Source of the DNA: Callorhinchus milii
Lineage: Eukaryota
Direction of reading: 5' to 3'
Length of the DNA: 64,000 nucleotides
Assembly (NCBI RefSeq): GCF_018977255.1
Contig: NW_024704743.1
Span: forward strand, 16,866,001-16,930,000
Made by a program: the position numbers and the translations under genes. The notes beneath the pieces are model-generated. The model did no database searches, was not told the origin of the DNA, and saw only the letters and a list, made by a program, of their open reading frames with translations. Shown in pieces: positions 37,842 through 51,031 of the stretch (position 1 is its first letter; every line of letters starts with the position of its first letter).

Positions 37842-38496
37842 CATATTCCCTCATGGTAGGTTGAGACAGCATCATACATTGGCACTAATAAAATAAGAGT
37901 TTCCTTTTTTTTAAACATCCTTTTTCACATGAAATAAGGTCTAAAATGTGGCAATTTTAGACTATTTATTACTAAGGTTTTCATGTTGGAATTCTTTGAG
38001 GATAGGAGTGAAACACAAAAGAAACCTTTGAAGGAAGGTCCCAGCTGCTGCTTTTTCCATCCATGAGCCAGAGTTGACAAGGGACTGTTTGGACAGCCTG
38101 GCCAACCCTATGTTGATTCAGTCTTACATCTGGCTTGTTCATCTGCAGGTTGGAGGTGGGTGCCTCTGATCCTCCACAGGCCAGGCCAAGAGTAAACATC
38201 ATCAGAATGTCTCTAAATACTAATGTAGCTTCCTTCAAACACACAGATGCAGCTTCTAATCATCATTTCAAGTGACCAAAGAGTCAGAACACAGCCAGAG
38301 AGACAGTGTAATAGGAGTAGTGAGGAGGCTCACATACTTGACTGTCACTGAAATCACAGAAGAGGCGGAGTGATTAAGCATTATCAATGGGTCCAAAATA
38401 AATAGGAAACGTAAACTTAGCAGGTTCCCCAATTAAAATCTGGTGTAGAAAATATTTACTGAATTGGTTGGTGGGAATTGGGGGGAAAGCAGAAGG

Positions 38497-38840
38497 GAAC
38501 ATACGAAATGCTAGACAAAAAAAAGCAAGGTCCATCTAGTTTGCCTTCCATCTTCCTGGCATTGTATGTCCCAAACTGCCTATGTACTATATCCCATAAT
38601 GTTATTTCCTAAAAGAAACCTATGTAACTGTGTTTAAAAGAACCAACATTTCCTACTTCAACCGTATCCCTAGGGAGCCTGTTCCACAGGTTTACTATTC
38701 GCTCACTGAAATAGTGTTTGCGTAGATTCATTCTGAATTTAATCGTGTCCTCTGGTTTTAGTATTCTGGACAAGTTGAAACAGCCTGTCATTATCTATAT
38801 TGTCTTGTCTCTTTAGAATCTTAAAGACAACAATCATGTG
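38497..38840 (-). mobile_element. CR1 3' fragment, same family as 33118-34650
   Basis: LRKHYFSERIVNLWNRLP and a 3'UTR nearly identical to about 33130-33330. Confidence 0.88.
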
Positions 38841-38847
38841 AAGTTTT

Positions 38848-40700
38848 ACAACAACAACAAGATTACATTTGTATAGCGCCTTTCACGTCGGGTAGACGTC
38901 CCAAGGCGCTGGACAGTGTACAGCATTTCAGACCCGAGCTGTGGTCAGGGAGGGGGAAGGGAGGGGAGGGGAAGGGGGGTGGCTGATGGCATGGTCGAAG
39001 GGGAGCGTTTTTAGGCGGGACTTGAAGGAGGCTAAGGAGGGGGCGAGGCGGAGTAATTGGGGATGGAATTCCAGAGGTTGGGGGCAGAGTGGCTGAAGGC
39101 TCTCCCACCAATGATGGGGCGGGTGGGTTGGGGGACGTGGACCAGGCCAGAGCCGGCTGAGTGGAGGGAGCTGGCGGATTGGTAGGGGGTTAGAAGGTCG
39201 CAGAGGTAGGGTGGGGCGAGGCCATGGAGGGCTTTGTATGTGAGGACCAGGATCTTGAACTGCATCCTCTGAAGGATAGGGAGCCAATGGAGTCGGGCGA
39301 GAATGGAGGAGCTGGGGTCACGGAGTTTGGTGCGGGAGAGGACATGGGCTGCAGAGTTCTGGATTATCTGCAGCCTGTGGAGGGAAGAGTTGGGAAGGCC
39401 GACAAGCAGAGCGTTTGCATAGTCGAGCCTGGATGTGATGAAGGCATGAACAAGAGTTTCAGCGGCCTGAGGGGTGAGGTAGTGGCGGAATCGGGTGATG
39501 CTACGGAGGTGAGGGAAGGCAGAGCGGGTCATGGCTTCGATGTGGGGAAGAGAAGACAGTTGAGGGTCGAACAAGACACCCAGGTTCCTGACTGGTTTGG
39601 TGAGTTGAAGTGTGCAACCATGGAGGTTGATGCTGTCAGAATCTGAAGAGGCGCTGGCGCGAACCAATCAGAGGGCCTCAGTCTTGTTCACATTCAACTG
39701 TAGGAAATTTGCCCTCATCCAGGACTTGATGTCCAACAGGCAGTCTGTCAGGACAGCAGTGGTCCTGGAGTTGAGGGTGGAGGCGGATGATGTCACCAAG
39801 GGGAAGCATATAGATATTAAAGAGGAGAGGGCCCTGGGGGACGCCAGACGTGACAGTGCGGGGGCTGGAGGAGAAACCGTAGAGGCAACAAAGTGGAAAC
39901 GGTAAGAGAGATAGGAATCGATCCAGGCAAGGGCAGGTCCGCGAAGATTAAGTAAGGAGGAGAGGCGGTGTATGAGGATGGAGTGGTCGACAGTGTCGAA
40001 GGCGGCAGAGAGGTCGAGGAGGACAAGGAGGCAGAGGGAGCCCTGATCATTAGTGACTTTGACCAGGGCTGTTTCCCTGCTGTGGGCAGCGCGGAAGCCG
40101 GATTGGAGGGGTTCAAAGAGGGAATGGCGAGAAAGAAAGGAGTGGCTCGTTCTAGAACCTTGGAGAGGAATGGGAGGTTAGAGATGGGGCGGTAGCTGGA
40201 GAGGAGGGATGGATCCAGGGAAAGTTTTTTCAGGATGGGAGTGATGACTGCTATTTTTCGGGGGTGGGAACTGAACCGGTGGACAAGGAGAGATTGATGA
40301 CATCGGACAGGAAAGGGGCCAGAAGGTGGAGTTGGGAGACGAGGAGAGAGGTGGGGATGGGATCGAGGGAGCAGGTGTGGGTTTGAGTTTGCGAATGATG
40401 GCAGTGAGGGAGGAGGGAGAAATAGGGTCAAAGAAGTAAAGGGGGGAATGGATGGGGGTTGGATCATGAGGGAGAGGTGATGTGGGGGTGGCTGTGGATG
40501 GGGCTGAGGTGGCTGAACGTATCCCCTCGATTTTGGATTCGAGGAAGTCCAGCATCTCCTCACAGTTGGAGTTTGAGGTGAAGATGGGCAAGGCGTGGGA
40601 AGGCGGACGGAGGAGACGGTTTGTGGTGGAAAAGAGAAGCCTGGGTGGTCCTTTGCCTCCAAGATAACCTTGGAGTAGAAGGAGGATTTGGCGAAGGAAT
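38848..40700 (-). mobile_element. L2 LINE (RT through 3' tail), 5'-truncated
   Basis: [53 protein letters not shown]...FKILVLTYKALHGLAPPYL and a (CAA)n tail. Confidence 0.93.
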
Positions 40701-40954
40701 ATTCTGTTTGAATATTTTACCATTTATTATTTCATATATTCTTTTAGGACAAATTGAGTGATCTCTGTTAGTGAGGACCTCGAGACACAGAGGAATAAGA
40801 TGGGAAGGCGTTCTTTTTCCTATATTAAATCCATCTGAAGCTAGTTCCACCCACACACTAATTGATCCCCAAAAACACCTAACAATGTTTTTGGGTATGG
40901 AAGGCGGTTGGTGTGTGACTAAGATTTCCACTTACCTGAAGGTAACAAGGTAGA

Positions 40955-41310
40955 ATAATAGTAATCATAATAATAATCTTTGCATTTGATACAGTGCCTT
41001 ATCACGTTTTTGAGACTATTCAAAGCGCTGCATAGAATCTACTGTAAAGTGCATTGACTATATTTTGTGGCTGAAACGCGGCAATCAATTGCGCGCAGCA
41101 GCGTCCCACAAACAGTCGTGGAATGAGTAACCAATTATTTTTATTTATTCTAAAGGAATTATTACCCCTGGATCCACCGACTGACTAAAAACCCAGCTCC
41201 TACTTACCACTAAGTAAACAGAGGCATGTGGAGTAAGGAAACTTGCCCAACGTTTTGCCCTACTGGGAATTGAACCTAGGTCCTCTCACTTCTAACCAAC
41301 AAGCTACTCC
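40955..41310 (-). mobile_element. tRNA-derived SINE, long variant
   Basis: Reverse complement of the SINE. Confidence 0.83.
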
Positions 41311-42254
41311 ATTAGACAAGCTAACTATCACCTACTCTGACCCCACTCTCTGGAACTCCATCAGGAGTCCCTCCATCTCGTCTTCTCCCTCTCTACTTTA
41401 AAACCTGCCTTCAGACCTATTTCTTAAGACCTATTTCTTAAGACCAATTTATATAGTGCCTTTCATGTCCTCCCAACGTGAAAGGCACTATCTAAATGTA
41501 AATTATTGGAGACAACTTTCCATATTTGAAAACCGAGGTCTCGATCGGCACATTCAATCCTGTTTGTATAGATCACCAATTAAACCTGAGCTGGGGTTGG
41601 AGGGAGCTGAGAAATTTGGGAGGGGAAAAGTGACAGAAAGCACAGTCAGCAAGAAATGTCTTAAGGTGGGCTTTAAAGGTGGGAGGGAGGGGGCAAGGCG
41701 GAGGGACTGAGGGATGCAGTTCCAAAGAGCAGGGGCCAAATGGCCAAAAGCTCACTCATCAAAGTTATACTCTTTGGATGAAGGCTAATTATTATTTTCA
41801 AAAGATGACAAATGCCAAAATAAAAGCTGGAGTGCTAAGACTCAGTTAAAAAAAAACATGAGCCAGGTGACAGCTTGCAACAAGATGAAGCTTAAAGAGT
41901 CCCAGAGCTGCAGTCCATCTGATCATTTCTTGCCTAAAGCTTAAGCTGCAGTACAGAGCTTCTATAGAACCTTTCAGTTCTCACAAATACTTTGAGGGAT
42001 GGATGGAATTCTTTCCTTACTTAACATCTTTCCAAATCCAGACAAAAGTAGCCTCTGGTTTTCTGTGGCGCATGCATTCTAATCTAATTCTAATATTTTG
42101 CTGCCAATCAATTGTGTGTCCTTAATGTAACACTTCAAAAACTTTAAATGTCTCAAAATTGTGGTGTGCCTAAAAATATTCCATTCCTTATTTAACGAAT
42201 TGCATTAAACCTGGTTGAAAAGCTGCCATCTTCAATTCTAACTTACTCATGTAC

Positions 42255-43198
42255 AAACAATAAAAATATATTTTATATAGCAACCTTTCAGATCGGGAAG
42301 ACAAGACAGACATGGCACTCAAGCTGAGGGTGGGAGCCAAAGGGCGTGGTGAGGGGAAAGAAGAAGGTGTAGCAAAAGAGGAAGATCTAGAGATGGACCT
42401 TGAAAGATAGGTAGGAGCAATTCAGAGGGACCAAGATGGAGTTACAGAGATTGAGGCAGGTAGGATGAAAGCCCAACTGCCGATGGTAGGGCAGGGGTCT
42501 TGAAGCAGGTCAGTGTCCACTGAGTGAAGGGAGCAGCCAGGTTGGCATGGTTTGAGGAGGTCACATAGGTAAAATGGGGCAAGACTGTGGAGGGATTTGA
42601 AGGTGAGGATGAGGATAATGAATTTCATCCTCTGGGGGATAGGGAGCCAATCAAACCAGACAAGAATAGGAGTGATAGACTCATGGAGCCTGGTGTGGCA
42701 GAGGACACCAGATACAGTGTTCTGGATGGTCTACAGCCTGTATAGGGAAGAGTCAGGTAGTCTGGTATGCAGAGGATTGATATGGTTAAGCCTGGACATG
42801 ATAAAACCATGGATTAGGGTCTTCGTATCCCAAGAGAGAAGTTGTGGCGGAGGCAGGCAATATTTCAGGTGGGAGTAAGCTGAGTGTGTCAGAGCATAGA
42901 TGTAGGGATTGAAGGACAGTTGGGGGCAAGACACAGGTCCCATATTGGCTCCATGAGGTGGAGAATGCCTCCATGTAGATTGATGCTGTCAGGGAGAAGT
43001 CACTGGCAGGAGCCAGGTAAGAGAGCCTCTTGTCTTGTTGACATTTAGGGGGACAAAGTTAGAGCTCATCCAGGACTTGATGTCTTACAGGTAATTAGTC
43101 AGGACAGTAGTGGCCCTGGAATCGAGGGTGGAGGCAGGTAAATAGAGTTAGGTGTCTTCACATAAATGTGGAAGTTAATCCCATGTCTGCAGATAACA
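42255..43198 (-). mobile_element. L2 3' half, diverged
   Basis: TLIHGFIMSRL, KFIILILTFKSLHSLAPFYL and tail. Confidence 0.82.
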
Positions 43199-43324
43199 TA
43201 TAGGGATTGATTCTGAATGCTGAAACTGGCCTTTCCAATTTTATTTAAGCCTCACTTGGTTTGATTTAGGGCAGTAAACTGTGAATAATAATAATAATAG
43301 TAATCCTTGCCTTTGTTGGCTTTC

Positions 43325-43692
43325 ACATCAGGAAGATAAATAATGATGTTGCAAGGATGTCAAGTGTTTCACAGGATTTTTTGTGAAATGGAATGACTGC
43401 GTATTTGTAGGCAAATATGACAGCACAATTGCGCACAGCAATGACCCATAAACAGCCATGAAAGTGATCAATTTTATTTGGGATTATTGGCCAGGACACT
43501 GGGAGAAACTCCCTTCTCTCTTCGAAGAGTGCCACAGGATCTTTAACGTCCACCTGAACAGGCAGACAGGTCTAATCCGAAGGACGGCACCTTCGACCAT
43601 GCAACACTTACCCCAATATTGCATTGGAGTGTCGACTTAGGATTTGAACCCAGAACCTTCTAACTCAGAGGGAAGATGTAAGAGCACTAAGT
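43325..43692 (-). mobile_element. Deu-domain SINE
   Basis: Minus strand: ccgtccttcggattagacctgtctgcctgttcaggtggacgttaaagatcctgtggcactcttcgaagagagaagggagtttctcccagtgtcctggccaataat. Confidence 0.78.
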
Positions 43693-43783
43693 GTAGTGAC
43701 TTTGTGTTTCATAGGCAAACACAGCAACAATGTCCCACAAACATCTCTGAAGTCAATGATCAATTGTATTTTATTTATTTTGT

Positions 43784-44105
43784 GGAGTCCTGTAGCTCAG
43801 TGGTTAGAGCACTTGCTTTGCAAGCAAGACACCTGGGTTCAATTCCAGGCAGGGCGAAACCTTGGGCAAGTTTCCTTACTCCACACACCTAATAATAATC
43901 CCTCCAAATAACCCAAAAAACAATAATAAATTGGTCATTTTCAATCTACGACTGTTTGTGGGACACTGCTGTGCGCAATTGGCTGCCGCGTTCGCCCACA
44001 AATATACAGTCAATTCACTTTACAGTGTGTTCTGTGAAGCGCTTTGGGACGTCCTCCCGACGTGAAAAGCGCTATATCAAATGCAAGGATTATTATTATT
44101 ATTAT
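43784..44105 (+). mobile_element. tRNA-Ala-like SINE, young short variant
   Basis: Near-identical to 27723-28050. Confidence 0.92.
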
Positions 44106-44791
44106 TTTATTTTTAGGGCCAAATAAAATCTTGTGATTTTGCGAAGAGGAGTCAACCATTAGCCCAGTTGTGATACCTTGGGCTGCTCTCGCCCACCCTC
44201 TAGTGGCCACTTTAAGTATGACATTAACAAAAGCAAGAGAGCAATTGATTTACTGTTTTCCCGCTTTTTGTAAATTGTGGGAGACAGGAGGCAAGAAAGG
44301 GAAAACACTGAGAGATTTACTCTCAGCAACAGCCAGTATACTGAGAGCATAATTAGTACAACAGAAGATGATATAGATGTGGAATTCTCTGCCGCAGGTT
44401 GTTGTTGAAGCAAAGTCTACATTATTTTAAGAGGGAATTAGATAAGGTGTTTGAAAACAAAGAGGAATATGAAAGGATATGTGGAGCGAGCATGAGATTA
44501 GGATTATTGTGTGGTGAAAAACAGTAGGGCAGACTTAATGTGGCAAATAGCTTGAGTCTTTGCTGTAAAATTCTGTGATTCTAGCTAACCTGCAACACAC
44601 ACAATAGTGGTACTTTTTAAAACTGGTCCCAATTTTTACAGCATCATTCTTCCTATGACATTTGTCTGTTTCGTGGATGGTGCACATCACCACTCTCTAT
44701 CAGTGAGATTCTAGTGAGCATTGCTTGGTATTTTTAGTGAAACCTCAAGACATTTGTGTTGTAATTACAAAGTAATTCTCCTATTTTTCAG

Positions 44792-44866
44792 GGATCCATA
44801 CAGCAATTAACGATTAAATCAGACCCAAGGGCCAGTGAGGAACAGTGTGAAGAGGAAGAGCCATAT
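44792..44866 (+). CDS. col15a1: collagen XV alpha-1 exon (end of TSPN domain)
   Basis: ctatttttcag|...|gtaagt, 75 bp, phase 0/0. GSIQQLTIKSDPRASEEQCEEEEPY resembles the multiplexin GSLQQLTxxxDP...C motif. Confidence 0.95.
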
Positions 44867-44973
44867 GTAAGTAAGCGCGTTTGAGTGCGAGACATTTACA
44901 GCCACTGGTATCAGTTTTATACCCCAAAAATACTGTCTTGACAATGCTAATCTGAAGCATCTATTTCCCACAG

Positions 44974-45069
44974 GGGTCTGGTGAAGGCAGCGGTGAGGGG
45001 AGCGGTTATGATTCTCACCAGGTGCAAGCAGGAACTCGAGCCCAAATTCAAACAGCTACTCCACAAACC
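44974..45069 (+). CDS. col15a1: collagen XV alpha-1 exon (Ser-Gly glycosaminoglycan attachment region)
   Basis: ctatttcccacag|...|gtaagt, 96 bp, phase 0/0, after a 107-bp intron. Encodes GSGEGSGEGSGYDSHQVQAGTRAQIQTATPQT. Confidence 0.9.
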
Positions 45070-45711
45070 GTAAGTGACAACTTGCATAATTCACTTTAAA
45101 AAACCTTGTGCAATGCAGTCACGCAATCTGTTGGAAATTGGCAATAAACATTTTGTTTCTGAGGTTCCGCACTATGGGGTAATGTTCTGTTTCACACAGT
45201 GTGATATTTAACACATGTGTGTGTTTATTATGTAACTTCCCGATATGTCAATATGCGTTAACACCATGAAGAGCGCCATCACCTTTATCTATATTACAAG
45301 TCAGCATTGTAACTGGGATTGATGTTTAAATGTTCAGTGTCATTTACATTTGTGTTACAAATCCCAAAACATGGAAATAGAGCTTTGCAACGCACATTCT
45401 TCAGAGCATTGCTTCCTGACACATGTAGGATCGAGGGGAGAGAAATTCTATCCGAGTTAAGATTCACCCTATTTTGATAGCATTATAGATCATCCAGAAT
45501 TTAGAAAATTCTTAAATACTGTCTTAATTTAGAAGCCGATTTTCTGGAAATCCCTTTGCTGGGACCCCTCCTGCTGCTAGTACATCTGGTTTTGCAGGCT
45601 ACATTTGCAGATTAAACTAAATTAAGGGGAGCCATGGAACTAGAGGAAGCAGTCAAGATCTTACAAAGAAAACAAAACAAGGTTATGCATATAGGCTAAT
45701 CACTGGAAAAT

Positions 45712-46092
45712 GTGGTCCCTGCACTCAGCAAACCATGTCCCCCGCCCTGCGCAACCTACCGTCGACAATCAGGCCTTGAGCCTTTCTGCTCCCAACTTTT
45801 GGAACTCCATCCCGCAGCCCTTTCACCTCTCCCCTTCCCTTGCCTTCTTCAAGTTCCATCTCATGACCTTCCTATGCGATTGTGCCGTTAGTCATCTTCT
45901 CCCCCCCCACACCACAACGTTGGCCCCCATCCCTCTCGAATCCAAACCCCAGCTCTAAGGGAGAGCTGGGGGATTGATGCGGGAGGGATGGAGGCCAAGG
46001 GTGGTGGGGTGGAAAGCCCTCAACTGTCCAGTGCCTTGGGACATCCTCCCGATGTGAAAGGCTATATATAACTGCAGTTGTTTTGTTGTTGT
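45712..46092 (+). mobile_element. L2 3' fragment with internal foldback
   Basis: APNFWNSIPQ...FKFHLMTFL and an L2 tail. Confidence 0.8.
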
Positions 46093-46361
46093 ATTTACAA
46101 GCAACTGAATCTTGGTTTAAGTTAGAAAAAAAGGATTATGAACGCTGGACAAAATCTGCTATTTTTCCTTGACTCGATCCAACTCTACGTAAAATTCAGC
46201 TCAGTAAAGCTACGCTGGACCTGGACTGATGCCCTTCTCTATCCAGCCAAAAGGAATATTTCCAATGAAACTTTGAGCTATGGGGGTTCTGGCCCAAGAA
46301 TCTTCCTTTGTTATCCACTCACAAGCCTTTAGAGGCAATAAAATCACAAGTACATGTATAA

Positions 46362-46704
46362 AAATAATAGTAATCCTTGCATTTGATATAGCGCCTTATC
46401 ATGTCGTTGAGACATCTCACAGCGCTTCACAAACTGTGTATTTTGTGGGTGAAATGCAGCAGCCAATTGCGCACAGCAGTCACCCACAAACAGTCGTGGA
46501 TTGAGTGGCCAAACTATTTTTTGGGGGGAGGGATTATTACCCCCAAAAGAATCCGCCAATCGATTAACAAACAGGTTCCGATTTACTGCTAGATAAACAG
46601 AGCCATGTGGAATAAGGAACTTGCCTAAGGTTTCGCCCCGCCCGGGAATTGAACCCAGGTCCTCTCATTTGGTCCTCTCACTAACCACTATGCCACGGTA
46701 TTCC
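46362..46704 (-). mobile_element. tRNA-derived SINE, long variant
   Basis: Reverse complement of the SINE. Confidence 0.86.
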
Positions 46705-49700
46705 AGAAATAGCCCCTATCACATAGGATGAATATCTCAAAGTGCTTCAGAACTAAAGCATTTGAGATGGACACTACCAGAATGGGGAGATTGTATCTCA
46801 TTTGAGGTTATGGCTTGGGCCAATAGAAAAGTCAGAAATATTTGCCAAATATTGTGGGAAATTTGACAAATTTTACAGAAAATTGAGGCGGGTTGATTGG
46901 TGCTATTGAGAGACGTATTTTATGAAACAACCCGGATTAAACCTAAAGGCATATACTTCCTGAACATGTAGTATGTTTAAAATACTAAATATGTTCATTT
47001 GAATAGTACAGCACTTATCAAACAATAATAATAATAAATTGGTCACTCAATCCACGACCATTTATGGGACACTGCTGTGCGCAATTGCCTGCTGCCTTTC
47101 GTCCACAAATATATACAGTCAATTCATTTTACAGTATATTCTGTGAAGGGCTTTGAGATGTCTCGGAGACATGATAAGGCGCTACATCATATGCAAGGAT
47201 TATTATTATTATTATAATCGGTGACAGGAGCTCAGTTTAGGCTGAGCTCCGAACAAAGCTGATTTCCTGCTCGTGCCACTTCCAAAAGTTTGTAGCGGAT
47301 TCCGCGGAAAAAGTGCACCCGCTCTTTTCTTTCGGCCCAGCTCATGGCTAGTCTTTGCACGATTTCAGGCTGAGTCCAAAGCTGCTGATCCCCTGAGTGA
47401 TCAAACCCTTAATTCACATAGTATCTCTGCAAAAGTGGTTTGACAGTACAGATGTGATGAGCCAATTGTAATTCCATGGTCAAAATTGGGGAATGGAACA
47501 GCAGATAATTCTAGTGGAGGAGCCAGCATCAACACAGACAGAAATATAGGCCAATTGGCCTCCTTCTATGCTGAAATTTCCATGATCCACGTCCATTGAT
47601 CTTCATGAGCTACTTCTAACAGTAAGAAGTCTAAATGCAGGTTAAGATTGTGATGTTTCAGATTGTGGTGTATCAAGCATTCTCTTTCATGTTTTTGAGC
47701 TCCTGAGCTTCCAGCAGAAGAGTTTTCTTCTGGCCTTTATGTGAAGCCCACGACTAAACAGTGAATTGGATTTCTGATAAAAAGGGGATCGGCTGTAGGG
47801 AAAGAGGATTCCACTGAGCACCCTGGGGGCAAGTCAGCTTCACAGCAGGCATGTCTATTTGCCATAGCCCCTCATATGAGGACGTGGTTAATCAGCTGGT
47901 GCACAGCGTTGGACTTGGACCATGAGAATATGAAGATGTCAGGCACGTCACAAGCTGTCCTATAAAGGTCCTCCCACCACACTGACGGCAGTTGTCTGAT
48001 AAAAAGCTGATGAGGAAACTGAAGCTTGGGACAACAGCTGCTGGATGGCGTTACCTGGAATCCAGGTTCATGAATACATATCTAGGACTTAGTATCTGCA
48101 GAGAGTAAAGCAGCTACTGTTCAAGTGGAACCACTACGATAGACTGAGATGTGTGTCTGAGCTGCGGGCAGGAAGATGGTGGCAAAGCTATCCTGCATTT
48201 CTCGGTGAGCTGTGTTGCTCTCCAAGAGGCTTGCAAGGATCTCCTGGTACCTGGTGTCCATCTAGTGAATGCTCACACTTGTTCAATTCGAATGACCAAC
48301 TAGTGACTATCATCCTTGGGAGGAGGGGAGATCCTTGAGGAAGGTCCTTGGCAATAAAAATTCAGAATAAAGCTTGTGGCAGTCTCGCTAGTCTGGAGTT
48401 CCTGAGCCAGACTTGGTTCTTGCCAACCTGTGCCTAATCCTGTCTGGAATTATGTAAGCAGGGTGTGTCCCTCCAGGGAGAGAGTGCGGATTTCATTTCA
48501 GACACGGGACATTTCCATGAGTAGATGTTTTGTATGTGACAGTATCGGTCTAGTTTGGATACTCTTAAACCTGGTCATGGTTTCCATATGCGTCAGACTG
48601 ACCTTCCCCGCTCCATCACCCCCACCCACCCAACAAAAGCAGTGAGTGCTGCCTGTACTTTTACATTTTATTGGCTGTTTTAATGCAATATAAAAACTCT
48701 TTGAAAGGTCTTCCTGACTTGGAATGTGCTATATAAATGTAAATTGGATTGTAAATTGTATGATTGAACCGTCTCAGCCCTAAAGTACATTTTTTGTTCT
48801 TTCTTAATCTCTGCCTTTTCATTTGAAGCGGAATCACTTGGTTATCATAAGGAACAATTTATGAAAAGTGATACATTTTGCCCCCGTACACCACTACACG
48901 ATACAAATTTACATTTGTATGGCGCCTTTCACTTAGGGAGGACATCCCAAGGCTTTTAACAATGATGGCTTGGGACCAGAGCTTGGGGTGGGAGCCGAGG
49001 GGTGAGGAGGAAAAAGAGACCAAATGCGTGGGCAAAGAGATAGGTCTTGAGATGGACCATAAAGGATTTCAAGAAGAAACAAGACAAATTCCTGGAAATG
49101 TTATAGGCTAGATGGACTAAAATGATCCACTCTTGATAAACTGTTGCTATGTTACCATAGGCTTTGTCTCAGCTTCTCCTGTGCAAATAAAGGTAGAGGT
49201 CTTTTTTTGCTGTCTGCTTTATTGGGCCATACCTCACGTGCAAGCGCTGAATGAAAGTGTTTCAAAGTCAAAATACATTGAAAATCTGCCTAACGTAAGC
49301 TTTATTTCACACACATCAATGGCATGATGAGCTTGGTGTTGCAATAAATGTTTGCTAACCATTTTAGTTGCTTGCTCCACTTGTGCTTCCACATTGATCC
49401 TTTAAAAGTCACGCATTCTGAGGCTTATACACTAGTGTTCATTGCAGCATGTTTTTCAGCCAACACCTCCTCACTCTCACCCTGCCTTGGACTCTTGCCC
49501 ACATACCAGCTGATTAAAACTGTTGTATTTATGAAAGCAAATGGAACAGATGTGTCTCCCACAAAATGTGGCGTGGAGTGTACTTTAGACTTCATATGGA
49601 GAGAACCAGCAGAGGTGAAATTTGATCCTTAAGTATACATATAATGATCCGGTTTTATGCAAGGGTTTGTTATTTTTTATTTTGAGTCGCATGTGAGCTG

Positions 49701-51031
49701 TCTGTGGGACTCCTGCACAGCATTACTTGGAAGTAACATAACTATTTCTTGTGCTTTCCAAGCAACTGGTATGTGGTATCTGGTGAGTCACGTATAAATG
49801 AAGAGTGAATTCCGAGCTATGTTCCCTTTGTGTGCCCGGGGTGTGGTGGGGGGCGGCCTCGTTCCATGTTCAGCACAGATGTGCAGCAATTAATGTAAGC
49901 TTACAAAACCACAATGAACCCTCAGTGCTGGACAGTCCTATCACTTCCCAGTATGATACCTCTATTGCAGCAACTATAATAAATTGCTTGCAGACATATA
50001 TGCATTGCACAACAGTAACCTAATAATACTTTTGAGATAGCGCCTTTCATGCGGGGAAGATGTTTCAAAGACCTTCACAGAATACACTGTAAAGTGTAAT
50101 GACTATGTATCTTGTAGGTGAAATGCCTGTGGTTCAGATATCTTCAGGAATGTTCAGTAATATTCTTTACCTACCTCCTTGCTGCATGTACAGAGAAAAT
50201 CATTATTTAAAGTAGTGCATTAAGTCCTTGGGTACTCTTGAGTTAAACTGAGGATCCATCTGCCTGTGGTGTTCGTCATTAAAAGATTCCTTGGCACTAT
50301 TCAAAATGAGAATGGAATTTCTCCTGGTGTCCTGGCCAACGATATCCCAAATAAAATCAGTCACTCACTTCACGGATGATGTTCAGAAATTGTCTGCTGC
50401 ATTTGCCTGCAAAGCACACAGTCACTTTACAGTATATCCTGTGAAGCACTTTGATATGTCTCCTGACGTGAAAAACACCAAACCAAATGTAAGGATTATT
50501 ATTATAATTAGCACTGAAAACCACCATAATGAAGACCAATTAGCAGGAAAGGTTGCAATGTGGAAAAGAAAAGGATTCTTCCTCAAGACAGCAGTGAAGT
50601 TGCAGGCAGTTAACAGTTTTACATTTGCATTGACCATTTTGCATAAATATAAAATGAATTATCACTTCAAATCACCATTTGTTCTGAAAAAACAGCATCG
50701 ATGAACAAAATTAGCAAATATTGCTGAAGATATCTGAACCACAGATATACACTGTGTTACATACAGCTTTACAGCCACTAACTCTGGTAGAACAGTCATC
50801 TCCGCTCACTTAAAACCGAAACCCAGACACACGAGCGCAGATGGCAGAAATCCGGCCTCACGATTCACCGCTATCTGTGGCTCGAGCACCTCCATACCTA
50901 TCACCTCTCCCTTTCACAGGCTAAAAGTGACTTTTACTCCAAAATCATCCTGGAGGTCCAAAACATCCCAAACACATTGTTTTCCACCGTCCATCATCTC
51001 CTCCGTGCACCGCCTTTAGCTCCCTCTATCC

